Source: an uncultured Gammaproteobacteria bacterium (lineage in GTDB: Bacteria > Patescibacteriota > Patescibacteriia > Buchananbacterales > UBA6539). From it: 64,000 bases of DNA. How positions within the stretch are numbered: the stretch's first letter is position 1; each line of letters begins with the position of its first letter. Location of the stretch: the NCBI GenBank assembly GCA_964497245.1, contig CAZCCC010000001.1, forward strand, positions 10,297-74,296, in the 5' to 3' direction. Position numbers and translations under genes: made by a program. Under the pieces are notes generated by a model. It saw nothing but the letters and a program-made list of their open reading frames with translations. It ran no database searches and was not told the DNA's origin. This document shows, in pieces, positions 17,495-26,647 of this stretch.

Positions 17495-18889
17495 ATGATT
17501 GACAAAAATATTTTAATTATTATTGAAACTGGCTATGTTGCCCGCAGTCTTCTGCGTTCAAATTTTTTATTTAATATAAAAAGTGATTTTTCAAAAGTAA
17601 TTTTGGTTGTTCCAAGAGAAAAGGTTAATAGTTATAAAAAATTATATGGTTTTAATAATGTCATAATAGAATCAATAATTGATAGTTATCCTAGTATTTT
17701 TCAAAAAAAATTTAATATAATTTTAAAATATAGCATTCATGCAAAAGTGGCAAAATTAAAAATAATGAGGAAAATTTTCAAAGAGAGCGGGTTCAGGTTC
17801 AATATATGGATTCTTTATTTTCCACTAATATTTTTTTCTTATTTTTTAAGTCGATTTAAGCTTTGGCGTAAAATTTTAAGATTTATATATTCATTTTTTC
17901 CTGTCAATATTGATTGTATTAATCTTCTGAAAAAATATAATATTGACATTATTTATGCTAACTATACTAGCATAGGGGTAAGGGATTTTAATTTGAATAT
18001 ATTAAAAGCTGCAAAAAGTTTGGGGATCAAAACCGTAGGAAATATATTTAGTTGGGATAATTTATTTAGTAAAGTCTTTATAACAACACATACTGATTTT
18101 ATTACTGTCCCAAATCAACAGGTAGCCGAGGACGCTGTTAATATTGGTGATTTCAAAAGAGATTCGGTAAAAATTGTTGGCTTGCCTCATTTTGATTTTT
18201 ATTTTAATCACAAATTAATTCTCCCAAAGGATGATTTTTTTGATAAAATTGGTGCAAATCCAAAAAAAGATTTTTTCATTTTTGCTTTTGGGGCCGGTAA
18301 CCAAAGAGTTGATTATGAATATTTTTTAGACCTGCTTAATAAAATTTCAGAAAAATGTGGAGGAATTCAGTTTTATCTAAGGCCTTATCCAAAAAATTAT
18401 TACAATAAGAGTATTTTAAATAAATATTTTGGTAACAAAAATTTAATTTTTGAAAAAAGACCATTAGATAATTTAGAAAACCTTGGTAATAATTTTGAAT
18501 TTCCAGAAGAAGATAATCAGCTTCTTTTTAATTTACTTTATCATTCAAGGGGACTTATTTGTTTGACTTCTACACTTATGATCGAGGCTTGTTTGATGAA
18601 TACGCCGATAATTAATCTGCTGTATCTCGGGGATAAAAAGATAAATTATTATTATCGGCCGGAGAGACATTATGAATTAGACCATATAGTCAGAATTTTT
18701 AAAAGAAATTTTTCCATTAAAGTTAGGAATGATAACGAGCTAGTAAATGCCATTAATTCTTACCTTATGAATAAAGAGCTGCACCAAAAGGAAAGGAAAG
18801 AAACTGCGCTAGAACAAATGCATATTGTTAATGGTACCTCGGCAAGAGAATTAGCTGCTGTTCTTTCTAGTGTCGGGAGGGAAATATAA
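17495..18889 (+). CDS. Uncharacterized protein, paralog B of the tandem pair
   Basis: 464 aa; TGYVARSLLRSNFL, KTVGNIFSWDNLFSKVFIT (identical 19-mer), KIVGLPHFDFYFN, YLRPYPK. Confidence 0.45.
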   Translation: MIDKNILIIIETGYVARSLLRSNFLFNIKSDFSKVILVVPREKVNSYKKLYGFNNVIIESIIDSYPSIFQKKFNIILKYSIHAKVAKLKIMRKIFKESGFRFNIWILYFPLIFFSYFLSRFKLWRKILRFIYSFFPVNIDCINLLKKYNIDIIYANYTSIGVRDFNLNILKAAKSLGIKTVGNIFSWDNLFSKVFITTHTDFITVPNQQVAEDAVNIGDFKRDSVKIVGLPHFDFYFNHKLILPKDDFFDKIGANPKKDFFIFAFGAGNQRVDYEYFLDLLNKISEKCGGIQFYLRPYPKNYYNKSILNKYFGNKNLIFEKRPLDNLENLGNNFEFPEEDNQLLFNLLYHSRGLICLTSTLMIEACLMNTPIINLLYLGDKKINYYYRPERHYELDHIVRIFKRNFSIKVRNDNELVNAINSYLMNKELHQKERKETALEQMHIVNGTSARELAAVLSSVGREI

Positions 18890-18890
18890 T

Positions 18891-19847
18891 ATGAGACTTT
18901 TAATTGTCATGTATCATCATATAGATTCAGAAAAAAAATATAAATCAGGGATTTATCCGATTTCGATAGAAAGATTTACCAAGCAGCTTGATATTATTAG
19001 GAAAAAATATACTTTTATAAATGAAGATAAATTGGTTAAAATAATAGGGGGATCAGACAAATTGCCAGATATAAATTTTTGTTTTTTAACTTTTGATGAC
19101 AGTCTCCGCTGTCAATATGATAATGCCATACCTGTGCTGAAAGAAAGAAGAATTCCCGCAACTTTTTATATAAATAGTAAACCTTATCTTGAGAATAGTG
19201 CTTGCAGTGTCCATTTGATACATTGGCTTTTGACATTTCTCGATCCAAAGAAATTTTTGGAAGAAATTTATACCAATTATAATAAAATAACTGGTAATAT
19301 ATTAATCTTATCTGAAGCGGAAGAGAAAGAAGCATCAAAATTTAAGAGGTATGATAATAAAGACATCTCAAAATTAAAGTTTATTTTGAATAACTATTTA
19401 GATGTAGGAATATCGGAAATAATTATTGGTGGTATTTTCAAGAAATATTCAAAGATTGGAATGCTAGATTTTTGTAAAAAATTATATATGTCGGTGGGCA
19501 ATTTAAAAAATTTATTATCTGATAGTTTATTTAGTCTTGGAATGCATACAAATAGCCACATAAATATCAGTAAATTAAGCCAAGAATCTTTGAATAATGA
19601 ATATCAATTGAATTACAATTTTTTATGTAAAATTGGAGCAAATGTTCAAGGGATAGCATATCCTTACGGAACCTTTGGAGATAAAAAAGATTTTGATTCT
19701 ATCTTATCGGTTAATAAAAATATTGGGATTTTGTATGGGTTAACGACACTACGAAATATTAACATAAATTTAGATAGTCCATTTTATTTAAGTAGGTGTG
19801 ATACTAATGACATTAAGGGAGGAAAAAACCCAATAATAAGCATTTAA
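18891..19847 (+). CDS. Polysaccharide deacetylase-like protein (NodB/CE4 family)
   Basis: 318 aa from the ATG at 18891 (GGGAGG Shine-Dalgarno at 18875-18880; the ORF-track start at 18870 overlaps the upstream gene). CFLTFDDSLRCQYDNAIPVLKERRIPATFYI and LGMHTNSH. Confidence 0.6.
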   Translation: MRLLIVMYHHIDSEKKYKSGIYPISIERFTKQLDIIRKKYTFINEDKLVKIIGGSDKLPDINFCFLTFDDSLRCQYDNAIPVLKERRIPATFYINSKPYLENSACSVHLIHWLLTFLDPKKFLEEIYTNYNKITGNILILSEAEEKEASKFKRYDNKDISKLKFILNNYLDVGISEIIIGGIFKKYSKIGMLDFCKKLYMSVGNLKNLLSDSLFSLGMHTNSHINISKLSQESLNNEYQLNYNFLCKIGANVQGIAYPYGTFGDKKDFDSILSVNKNIGILYGLTTLRNININLDSPFYLSRCDTNDIKGGKNPIISI

Positions 19848-19852
19848 AGTAT

Positions 19853-20938
19853 ATGATTAAAAGTACAGAAGACATGTTAAATATATTAAAAAAAGGGATT
19901 TTTTTTATCGCTGAAATTGGTAAAAATTTTATTCAAACATCAGATGAAAAAACAATCAATGAATATTTAGAGAACGCTAAGAAATTAATCAAGGCGGCTA
20001 AAGAAAGCGGAGCTGATGCGGTAAAATTTCAAACTCATAATTTAGATGATGAATTTTTGAAAATTAATGTTATTTCGCCGCATTTTTCATCAGTTGATCG
20101 TTATAATTGGATAAAGAGGAATCAGCAGGCTACTCCTTTGGAGTTTTGGCGCGAACTTAAGGATTATTCTGAACAGCTAGACATTTTATTTTTTTCAACG
20201 CCGATGAGCCGCGGAGCAGCAGAAATTTTAAGTAAAATAGATGTTCCTGTTTGGAAAATTGGCTCCGGAGATATATTAGATTTTGTTATGTTGGATTACG
20301 TGGCGCAAACAGGTAAGCCGGTCATAATTTCTACCGGTATGAGCAGCTTGGAAGAGATTGATAAAGCAGTTAATTTTTTAAGGGAAAGAACGGATAAAAT
20401 AATCATTATGCACTGTGTTTCCAAATATCCTTGTCCGCCGGAAGAATTGAATTTAAAAACGATTAGATTTTTAGAACAAAGATATAATTTACCGGTTGGT
20501 TTCTCCAGTCATTCAATTAATGACAAAGATGCAGTCGCCGCCGCCATTGATTTAGGTGCTAAAGTAATTGAAAAACATTTTTCATTAAGCCGTGACCTAT
20601 GGGGCCCAGACCATAAGGTTTCTTTAACGCCCGATGAATTTAAATCAATGGTTAATATGGCTTATAGCGGCAAAAAATCGAATTTTACTGACTTAGGTTC
20701 AGAATATAAAATATTAAATAATGATGAAATGGTGTTCCGGCCGATATTTCGTAAATCTTTGGTTGCCGGTAAAAATATTAAAGCCGGAGAAACGATTTCT
20801 AAAGAAAAGATTTATTCGATGAGGCCGCATGGCTATATTAATGGTCTACCGTCCGAAGAGTATGAAAATGTTATAGGGAAAAAGGCGTTGAAGAATTTAA
20901 ATAAATATGATCCAATAACTATTAGTATAATAGAATAA
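19853..20938 (+). CDS. neuB: N-acetylneuraminate (nonulosonic acid) synthase, NeuB family with C-terminal SAF domain
   Basis: 361 aa; FIAEIGKNF...AAKESGADAVKFQTH (NeuB TIM-barrel domain), C-terminal SAF/antifreeze-like segment VAGKNIKAGETISKEKIYSMRP. Confidence 0.8.
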   Translation: MIKSTEDMLNILKKGIFFIAEIGKNFIQTSDEKTINEYLENAKKLIKAAKESGADAVKFQTHNLDDEFLKINVISPHFSSVDRYNWIKRNQQATPLEFWRELKDYSEQLDILFFSTPMSRGAAEILSKIDVPVWKIGSGDILDFVMLDYVAQTGKPVIISTGMSSLEEIDKAVNFLRERTDKIIIMHCVSKYPCPPEELNLKTIRFLEQRYNLPVGFSSHSINDKDAVAAAIDLGAKVIEKHFSLSRDLWGPDHKVSLTPDEFKSMVNMAYSGKKSNFTDLGSEYKILNNDEMVFRPIFRKSLVAGKNIKAGETISKEKIYSMRPHGYINGLPSEEYENVIGKKALKNLNKYDPITISIIE

Positions 20939-20943
20939 AAAAT

Positions 20944-22107
20944 ATGGAAAAACGTAAAATTTGTTTTGTGATTACAAGTCAAATTCATTATGCTAGAAAC
21001 AAGTTGATTATTCAGGAATTAAAAAAACGTGATGATGTAGAATTGCAGTTGGTAATTGCCGGTTCCGCGATATTAAAACAGTATGGCAACGTTGAAAAAC
21101 TCTTAAAAGATGACGGAATTGAATTTCAGAGCAAGGCAACCATAATCGTTGAAGGCGGTAATCCTGTAGCCATGGCTAAAACAGCCGGGTTAGGCTTGAT
21201 TGAATTTGCTTCAATCTTTGAAAATTTAAATCCCGATATCGTATTGCTTAGAGGTGATCGCTATGAAGTTCTTTCGGCTGCGATTGCCGCCGCTTATATG
21301 AATATAACTTTGGCTCATATAGAGGGTGGTGATATCAGCGGTAGCATTGATGAGAGTGTAAGACATGCAATTACTAAATTGTCCAATATACATTTTACAA
21401 CCAATGCCGAATCTAAAGGCCGCGTTATACAAATGGGGGAAGATGAAAAATATGTCTTTGATTTTGGCAGCCCTGATGTTGAATTTGCCGCTATTAATAA
21501 TTTTTCAGTCACGAATGAAGAAATCAATCAAATTGGAGTAGGCATGAAAGAGTTTAATATTAATAATAAATTCTTGATTGTAATACAACATCCGGTTACT
21601 AGCGAAATAAATGAAAATGGAAAAAATATTGAAGAGACGCTAAAAGCGATTTCTGATTTTAAAATGCCGACTCTTTGGTTTTGGCCCAATATTGATGCCG
21701 GCAATGATGAAGTCTCCAATGCCATTAGAAAATTCAGGGAGAATACAGATATTGACAGCTATACCCATTTTATAAAGTATCTTGCCCCGGATAAATTTTT
21801 ATCATTACTTAGAAAAACCTCATGTTTGATCGGCAATTCATCGGCTGGAATTAAAGAATCTTCTTATTTTGGCACTCCTGTTGTAAATATTGGCAGCCGG
21901 CAGAACGGAAGGCTAAAGGGCAATAACTTGTTAGATGTCCAATATGATTCTGAACAGATAAAGAAAGCAATCAAGAAGCAATTAGATAATGGTTATTATC
22001 CTCAAGATAATATATATTTTAAAGGTAATTGCAGCAAACAAATTTCAGATACTTTGGCAAAAATCAAACTGTATACCCAGAAAAAATTTAATGATAAAAT
22101 TAAGTAG
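20944..22107 (+). CDS. neuC: UDP-N-acetylglucosamine 2-epimerase (hydrolysing), NeuC type
   Basis: 387 aa; LLRGDRYEVLSAAIAAAYMNITLAHIEGGDISGSIDESVRHAITKLSNIHFTT is the Epimerase_2 family core; position between neuB and neuA. Confidence 0.75.
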   Translation: MEKRKICFVITSQIHYARNKLIIQELKKRDDVELQLVIAGSAILKQYGNVEKLLKDDGIEFQSKATIIVEGGNPVAMAKTAGLGLIEFASIFENLNPDIVLLRGDRYEVLSAAIAAAYMNITLAHIEGGDISGSIDESVRHAITKLSNIHFTTNAESKGRVIQMGEDEKYVFDFGSPDVEFAAINNFSVTNEEINQIGVGMKEFNINNKFLIVIQHPVTSEINENGKNIEETLKAISDFKMPTLWFWPNIDAGNDEVSNAIRKFRENTDIDSYTHFIKYLAPDKFLSLLRKTSCLIGNSSAGIKESSYFGTPVVNIGSRQNGRLKGNNLLDVQYDSEQIKKAIKKQLDNGYYPQDNIYFKGNCSKQISDTLAKIKLYTQKKFNDKIK

Positions 22108-22113
22108 CGTTTT

Positions 22114-22839
22114 ATGAAAAAAAGATTAAATATTTTAGGCATAATTCCGGCCCGCGGTGGATCCAAGGGGATACCTAAGAAAAATATAAAAATTTTAGGT
22201 GATAAGCCGTTGATTTATTATACGATTAAAAGCGCAAAAAGAAGCGTTTATATAACTGACCTGATTGTGTCTACTGACGACTTGGAGATCGCAAAAATAG
22301 CTGAATCCTGCGGCGCTAATGTTCCTTTTATTCGGCCGAAGGAATTGGCTTTGAATGAAACTCCAATGCTTCCTGTTTTAAGGCATGCGGTTGATTTTAT
22401 GGAAAAAAACAAAAATATTATTTTTGATTATATAGTAATCCTGCAACCGACATCACCTTTTAGACTGCCGGAAGATATAGATAAAACAATAGAAGTAATT
22501 ATTGAAAAAGGCGCCGATAGTGCTGTCAGTCTGGTGGAAGTGGAAAGCCAGTTTCATCCAATGAAAATGAAAAAGTTCGAGGAGCAGAGGGTATTGTCTT
22601 ATACTATTGATGAGCCGGAAGGAATAAATCGTCAGGATTTGCCAAAGGTATATAGGCGAAGCAGTGCAGTTTATGTTCAAAAACGAGATTTGATCGTTAA
22701 AAAGAATCAGTTATATGGTGATTATATTGTCGGACATATTGTGCCGGCAGAAAGATATATTGATATTGATAATGAATTTGATTGGTTAAAGGCAGAATAT
22801 ATGTTAAAAAAATTAAAAGATAGAGGATATAATTATTAA
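22114..22839 (+). CDS. neuA: N-acylneuraminate cytidylyltransferase (CMP-sialic acid synthetase)
   Basis: 241 aa; LGIIPARGGSKGIPKKNIKILGDKPLIYYTI (cf. AIIPARSGSKGLPRKN), CTP_transf_3 family. Confidence 0.8.
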   Translation: MKKRLNILGIIPARGGSKGIPKKNIKILGDKPLIYYTIKSAKRSVYITDLIVSTDDLEIAKIAESCGANVPFIRPKELALNETPMLPVLRHAVDFMEKNKNIIFDYIVILQPTSPFRLPEDIDKTIEVIIEKGADSAVSLVEVESQFHPMKMKKFEEQRVLSYTIDEPEGINRQDLPKVYRRSSAVYVQKRDLIVKKNQLYGDYIVGHIVPAERYIDIDNEFDWLKAEYMLKKLKDRGYNY

Positions 22840-22853
22840 GTAATAAAATTAAT

Positions 22854-23708
22854 ATGGAAGAAAAAAAATTGTCAGATTTTAATTTTGATTTTGAAGCTTT
22901 AGTGAGTTGCCCTTTTTGCAGTAGCCAAGTTATGATACCTAATGGCAGGGTAAAATGGTATAGTTTTGACTTCTGGTATGTTTTTTGTCCATCTTGCGGA
23001 TTAAAATATATGAATCCAAGACCGACAATCCAATCGTATAAAGATTTCTATAAAAAATTTTTTTGGGAACAGAAAATAACCAATACCGGTTTTCATCAAG
23101 AGGGTCAGATGTGGGGGCTTGATAAATATAAATTTGATAATGAAAAAATTTGGGATGCAAAAGATGGAAAAAAAAATCGGATTGAAAAGCAAAAAGCGCA
23201 AAGAATAAAAACTATAATCCCGGTGATTGAAAAAAGTATTAGTATCAACAGCAATTCAGATATTCTTGAAATTGGTTGCGGTTTTGGAGTCACTTTGAAC
23301 GAATTAAGTTTGAAATATAATTGTAAATCTTACGGAATTGAGCCGTCGGAAGAAGCCAGAAAAACTATTTTAGAATATGGCAAGATTAATTTGATTGGCT
23401 ATTATGCTGAGGAAATTGAAGAAATATCAACAAAAGATATAAAGTTTGATGTTATTATATTTTCTCATTCTTTGGAAAATACTGTTGACCCGATAAACAT
23501 AATAAAATACGCAAAATTGTGTTTAAAGAATTCAGGGATCATTTATATTCAAACTCCAAATTTATTGACTTTTGATCAAATGAACCCTTATCATCCTTTC
23601 ATTTTCTCGCAGAATTCTGTTTTGCATTTGGCTGAAAAAAACAATTTAAATTGCAGTATTGAATCTGAGACTATAGATAAAATGTTAGTAACAGTTTTTA
23701 AGAATTAA
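22854..23708 (+). CDS. SAM-dependent methyltransferase with N-terminal Cys4 zinc ribbon
   Basis: 284 aa; CPFCSS...CPSCG zinc ribbon; motif I ILEIGCGFGVTLNELS. Confidence 0.55.
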   Translation: MEEKKLSDFNFDFEALVSCPFCSSQVMIPNGRVKWYSFDFWYVFCPSCGLKYMNPRPTIQSYKDFYKKFFWEQKITNTGFHQEGQMWGLDKYKFDNEKIWDAKDGKKNRIEKQKAQRIKTIIPVIEKSISINSNSDILEIGCGFGVTLNELSLKYNCKSYGIEPSEEARKTILEYGKINLIGYYAEEIEEISTKDIKFDVIIFSHSLENTVDPINIIKYAKLCLKNSGIIYIQTPNLLTFDQMNPYHPFIFSQNSVLHLAEKNNLNCSIESETIDKMLVTVFKN

Positions 23709-23737
23709 TTTTTGGTTTTTAGTATTTTAAAAGAAAT

Positions 23738-24421
23738 ATGAGGACAATAAAAATAGGTAAAATAGATGAACAAATCAAAAGTTTATATGATTTTTTTAAA
23801 TTAAAAGAAGGTTCTGAACACATATCTTGCCTCGGTGCTCTACAGGGATTAAATAAAATACTTCAGGATTTAAAACCAAAAAATATTCTTGAGTTTGGTG
23901 GTGGAATAGGGGCATTAAGTTACTTTTGTATGAATAATACAAATGCAAATCTTACTATATATGAAGATAATAGTTTTTGTCTAAATCAGCTTGAAAAAAA
24001 TTTAAGCGCTTTTAAAGAAAGGTATTCAATAATTTCAGATTATAATAATTTTAAGCCACTTCCTTATAAAAATTACGAATTAATTTTGGCGGATGGAGGA
24101 CCATATAATTTAATTAGTGAAATAGTAAAAAATATTAGAGGAATTAGAATAATATTTTTTGAGGGTAGAAGAATACCAATGCAAGTACTTTTTAGAAAAG
24201 CATTGAAGAAAAAATATATATTCAAAACTATAAAATATGAGTATGAAAATAATAACAAAAATACTAAGTGTGCTTATGTTATTTATTGTCAGCCGTGTAA
24301 AAATGTTTTTTTAAGAAAAATAAATTATTATTATCAAGAAATTATTTCATTGATTGATTTTATCAGGATAAGGGGATTTATGAATTATATTAAGTATGAT
24401 TTTTTATCCAAAATTTTATAA
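23738..24421 (+). CDS. Hypothetical protein, possible class I methyltransferase fold
   Basis: 227 aa; NILEFGGGIGALSYF glycine-rich loop, later LILADGGP. Weak. Confidence 0.35.
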   Translation: MRTIKIGKIDEQIKSLYDFFKLKEGSEHISCLGALQGLNKILQDLKPKNILEFGGGIGALSYFCMNNTNANLTIYEDNSFCLNQLEKNLSAFKERYSIISDYNNFKPLPYKNYELILADGGPYNLISEIVKNIRGIRIIFFEGRRIPMQVLFRKALKKKYIFKTIKYEYENNNKNTKCAYVIYCQPCKNVFLRKINYYYQEIISLIDFIRIRGFMNYIKYDFLSKIL

Positions 24422-24445
24422 TTTTAACTAAATTGTGGTTTTTTT

Positions 24446-25708
24446 ATGGTAAAAATCTTATATAATAAAATATTAAGTATAATAAGTCGTGTTGAGAAAA
24501 TTGTAAAAGTTGATTTAATATATTATTTAAAAGGTAGTTTTTGGATGAATATGGAACAAGGAGTCTCAACTCTTACCGCTATTATTTTGTCGATTGTATT
24601 TGCTAATTTGCTTTCTAAGGAAACTTATGGGTCATATTCATATATTTTAACAATTGCCAATCTTTTGGCATTTACTACACTGACCAGTATGAATGAAGCA
24701 GTAACAAGATCAGTGGCAAAAGGAAATAATGATTCAGTAATTTCAGCTTTATATACCAAAATTAGATTTGGTTTTTTTGGCAGTATAATAAGTTTAGCGA
24801 TAGCGCTTTATTATTTTATAAACAATTCTTTAGTTTTGGCGATTTGTTTTTTATTTGTTTCATTATTTATTCCTTTTTGGCCTTCGCTCAGTATTTACTC
24901 TGCTTTTTTTAATGGGAAAAGAAATTTTGGACTCTCATCAATTATTGGTGCTGCTAGAAATATTATTACTTCCTTTTTTTTAGTTATGGTAATATTTTTT
25001 ACAAGAAATATTTTTTTGATTATTTTAACATATTTTTTATCATTTTTATTATTTGATTTTTTTTATTTAAAAAAAGTTATTAATAAATTTAAGTTGACAA
25101 ATATTCGTAATCCAGAAACAATTTCTTATGGAAAATATTTAAGTTTCGTAAGGATAATTGGTCTTATTAATAGTAATATTGATAAAATATTAATTTGGAA
25201 TCTGCTTGGTCCGGTTCAAGTGGCAGTTTATTCAATTGCACTGGCGCCAGTTGATAAAATTAAGGGTACAATTGGTAATATCAAATCATTAGCTTTCCCA
25301 AAATTCAGCTTAGCTCCACAGAATCAAATGCAGAAAACGTTAATGGGAAAAATGTTAAAGCTTTTTTTTATTTTAATTCCTGTTGTAGCGACTTATATTA
25401 TATTCATACCTTTTCTTTTTAAAATTTTTTACCCTAAATATTTAGATTCAATTATTTATTCCCAAATACTTTCACTAACTATTTTAGCTACGCCTGAACA
25501 GCTTTTTACCGTTTATTTCAAGGCGCATAAGATGAAAAAAGAAATAGTAATTATGAGCTCGGTTGTACCCTTGATAAATATACTAATAATGGTATTTGCC
25601 GGCGTATTTTTTGGTTTAATTGGTTTGGTAATTGGCAGAGTGCTAGGATTTATTTCTTATTTTCCAGTTGCTTTTTATTTGTTTAAATTTCAGAAATATA
25701 AAGATTAA
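24446..25708 (+). CDS. Oligosaccharide flippase (Wzx-like / polysaccharide biosynthesis protein, MOP superfamily)
   Basis: 420 aa, about 12 hydrophobic segments throughout, no soluble domain; the true start may be an internal Met (e.g. MNMEQG). Confidence 0.55.
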   Translation: MVKILYNKILSIISRVEKIVKVDLIYYLKGSFWMNMEQGVSTLTAIILSIVFANLLSKETYGSYSYILTIANLLAFTTLTSMNEAVTRSVAKGNNDSVISALYTKIRFGFFGSIISLAIALYYFINNSLVLAICFLFVSLFIPFWPSLSIYSAFFNGKRNFGLSSIIGAARNIITSFFLVMVIFFTRNIFLIILTYFLSFLLFDFFYLKKVINKFKLTNIRNPETISYGKYLSFVRIIGLINSNIDKILIWNLLGPVQVAVYSIALAPVDKIKGTIGNIKSLAFPKFSLAPQNQMQKTLMGKMLKLFFILIPVVATYIIFIPFLFKIFYPKYLDSIIYSQILSLTILATPEQLFTVYFKAHKMKKEIVIMSSVVPLINILIMVFAGVFFGLIGLVIGRVLGFISYFPVAFYLFKFQKYKD

Positions 25709-25718
25709 TTATTATAAA

Positions 25719-26639
25719 ATGTTTAAAAAAATAGGACCAGATTTTTTAATAACCGGGCTTGAAAGAAGTGGCACTCACTGGGTTGCCGGTTTACTGAATG
25801 CGCATCCGGAGATTTCTTGTTTTCCGGCCGATTATTTTGATAAAGGTTTTGGTGAATATAATAGAGAAATTATTGGGGAAGTCCATTTATTTAATACTTT
25901 GGCAAGTCTTGAATTGAATACCGAAGATAAGCATACCCGGCCCATATCTGGATATTTAACCAAGCATAATTTGATTTTTGCCGATTTGGCAGCGTTAGAG
26001 GGCAAGGTGCCTAAGGAAGAATTATATAATATGTTTATAAAAAGGTATAATGAGATTTGTGAAGAGAACCGCTATGGCAAAAAAATGGTTGGTGAATCAA
26101 CTCCAGCCTATGTTTTTCACTTAGATTTTATTGATTCATTTTATCCAAATATAAAAAAGCTTTGTATAATCAGAGATCCGAAGGATAAAATAGTATCTTG
26201 GCATTTTAGCAAACTAAGAAAAGGTCAGAAGACCGAGGTTGTTATTACCGATGAATTTATCAAAGAATATTGCGAGAAAACGATTAAAAAAGAATATGAA
26301 AGCCTGCTTGATTATAAAGGCAATATTTACTGTTTTACTTATGAGAGTTTGGCTGAAAATCAAAACGGGGTTTTATGTGATATCCTTTCTTATTTAGATG
26401 TTGCCATTAATGCTGATATTATTAGTCATATGATTAAAGAAGGTTCATTTAAGGAAATGACAGCTAAGGGGAATATTACTGGTGGAAGAGATAATGGACA
26501 AGAAGAGCTACAGAGTCCTTATCGTAAGGGTGTAGTTGGTGACTGGGTAAATCATATGACTAAAAAACAGGCTGAATTGGTGGATGCTATTGTTGGTGAG
26601 GTGAGAAAAATGACTTTTAATAAATATAAAATTTACTAA
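25719..26639 (+). CDS. PAPS-dependent sulfotransferase
   Basis: 306 aa from the ATG at 25719 (the ORF-track start at 25668 overlaps the flippase gene). 5'-PSB loop ITGLERSGTHW (cf. PKSGTTW); 3'-PB motif IIRDPKDKIVSWHFS (cf. RNPKDxxVS). Confidence 0.65.
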   Translation: MFKKIGPDFLITGLERSGTHWVAGLLNAHPEISCFPADYFDKGFGEYNREIIGEVHLFNTLASLELNTEDKHTRPISGYLTKHNLIFADLAALEGKVPKEELYNMFIKRYNEICEENRYGKKMVGESTPAYVFHLDFIDSFYPNIKKLCIIRDPKDKIVSWHFSKLRKGQKTEVVITDEFIKEYCEKTIKKEYESLLDYKGNIYCFTYESLAENQNGVLCDILSYLDVAINADIISHMIKEGSFKEMTAKGNITGGRDNGQEELQSPYRKGVVGDWVNHMTKKQAELVDAIVGEVRKMTFNKYKIY

Positions 26640-26647
26640 GACTACTT

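Noticed and set aside
18870-18890. ORF-track start at 18870 for the second deacetylase
   Set aside because: It overlaps the upstream gene by 20 nt; the in-frame ATG at 18891 is preceded by GGGAGG at optimal spacing, so the start was moved.
25668-25718. ORF-track start at 25668 for the sulfotransferase
   Set aside because: It overlaps the flippase gene by 41 nt; the in-frame ATG at 25719 lies immediately upstream of the PAPS-binding loop, as expected for sulfotransferase N-termini.
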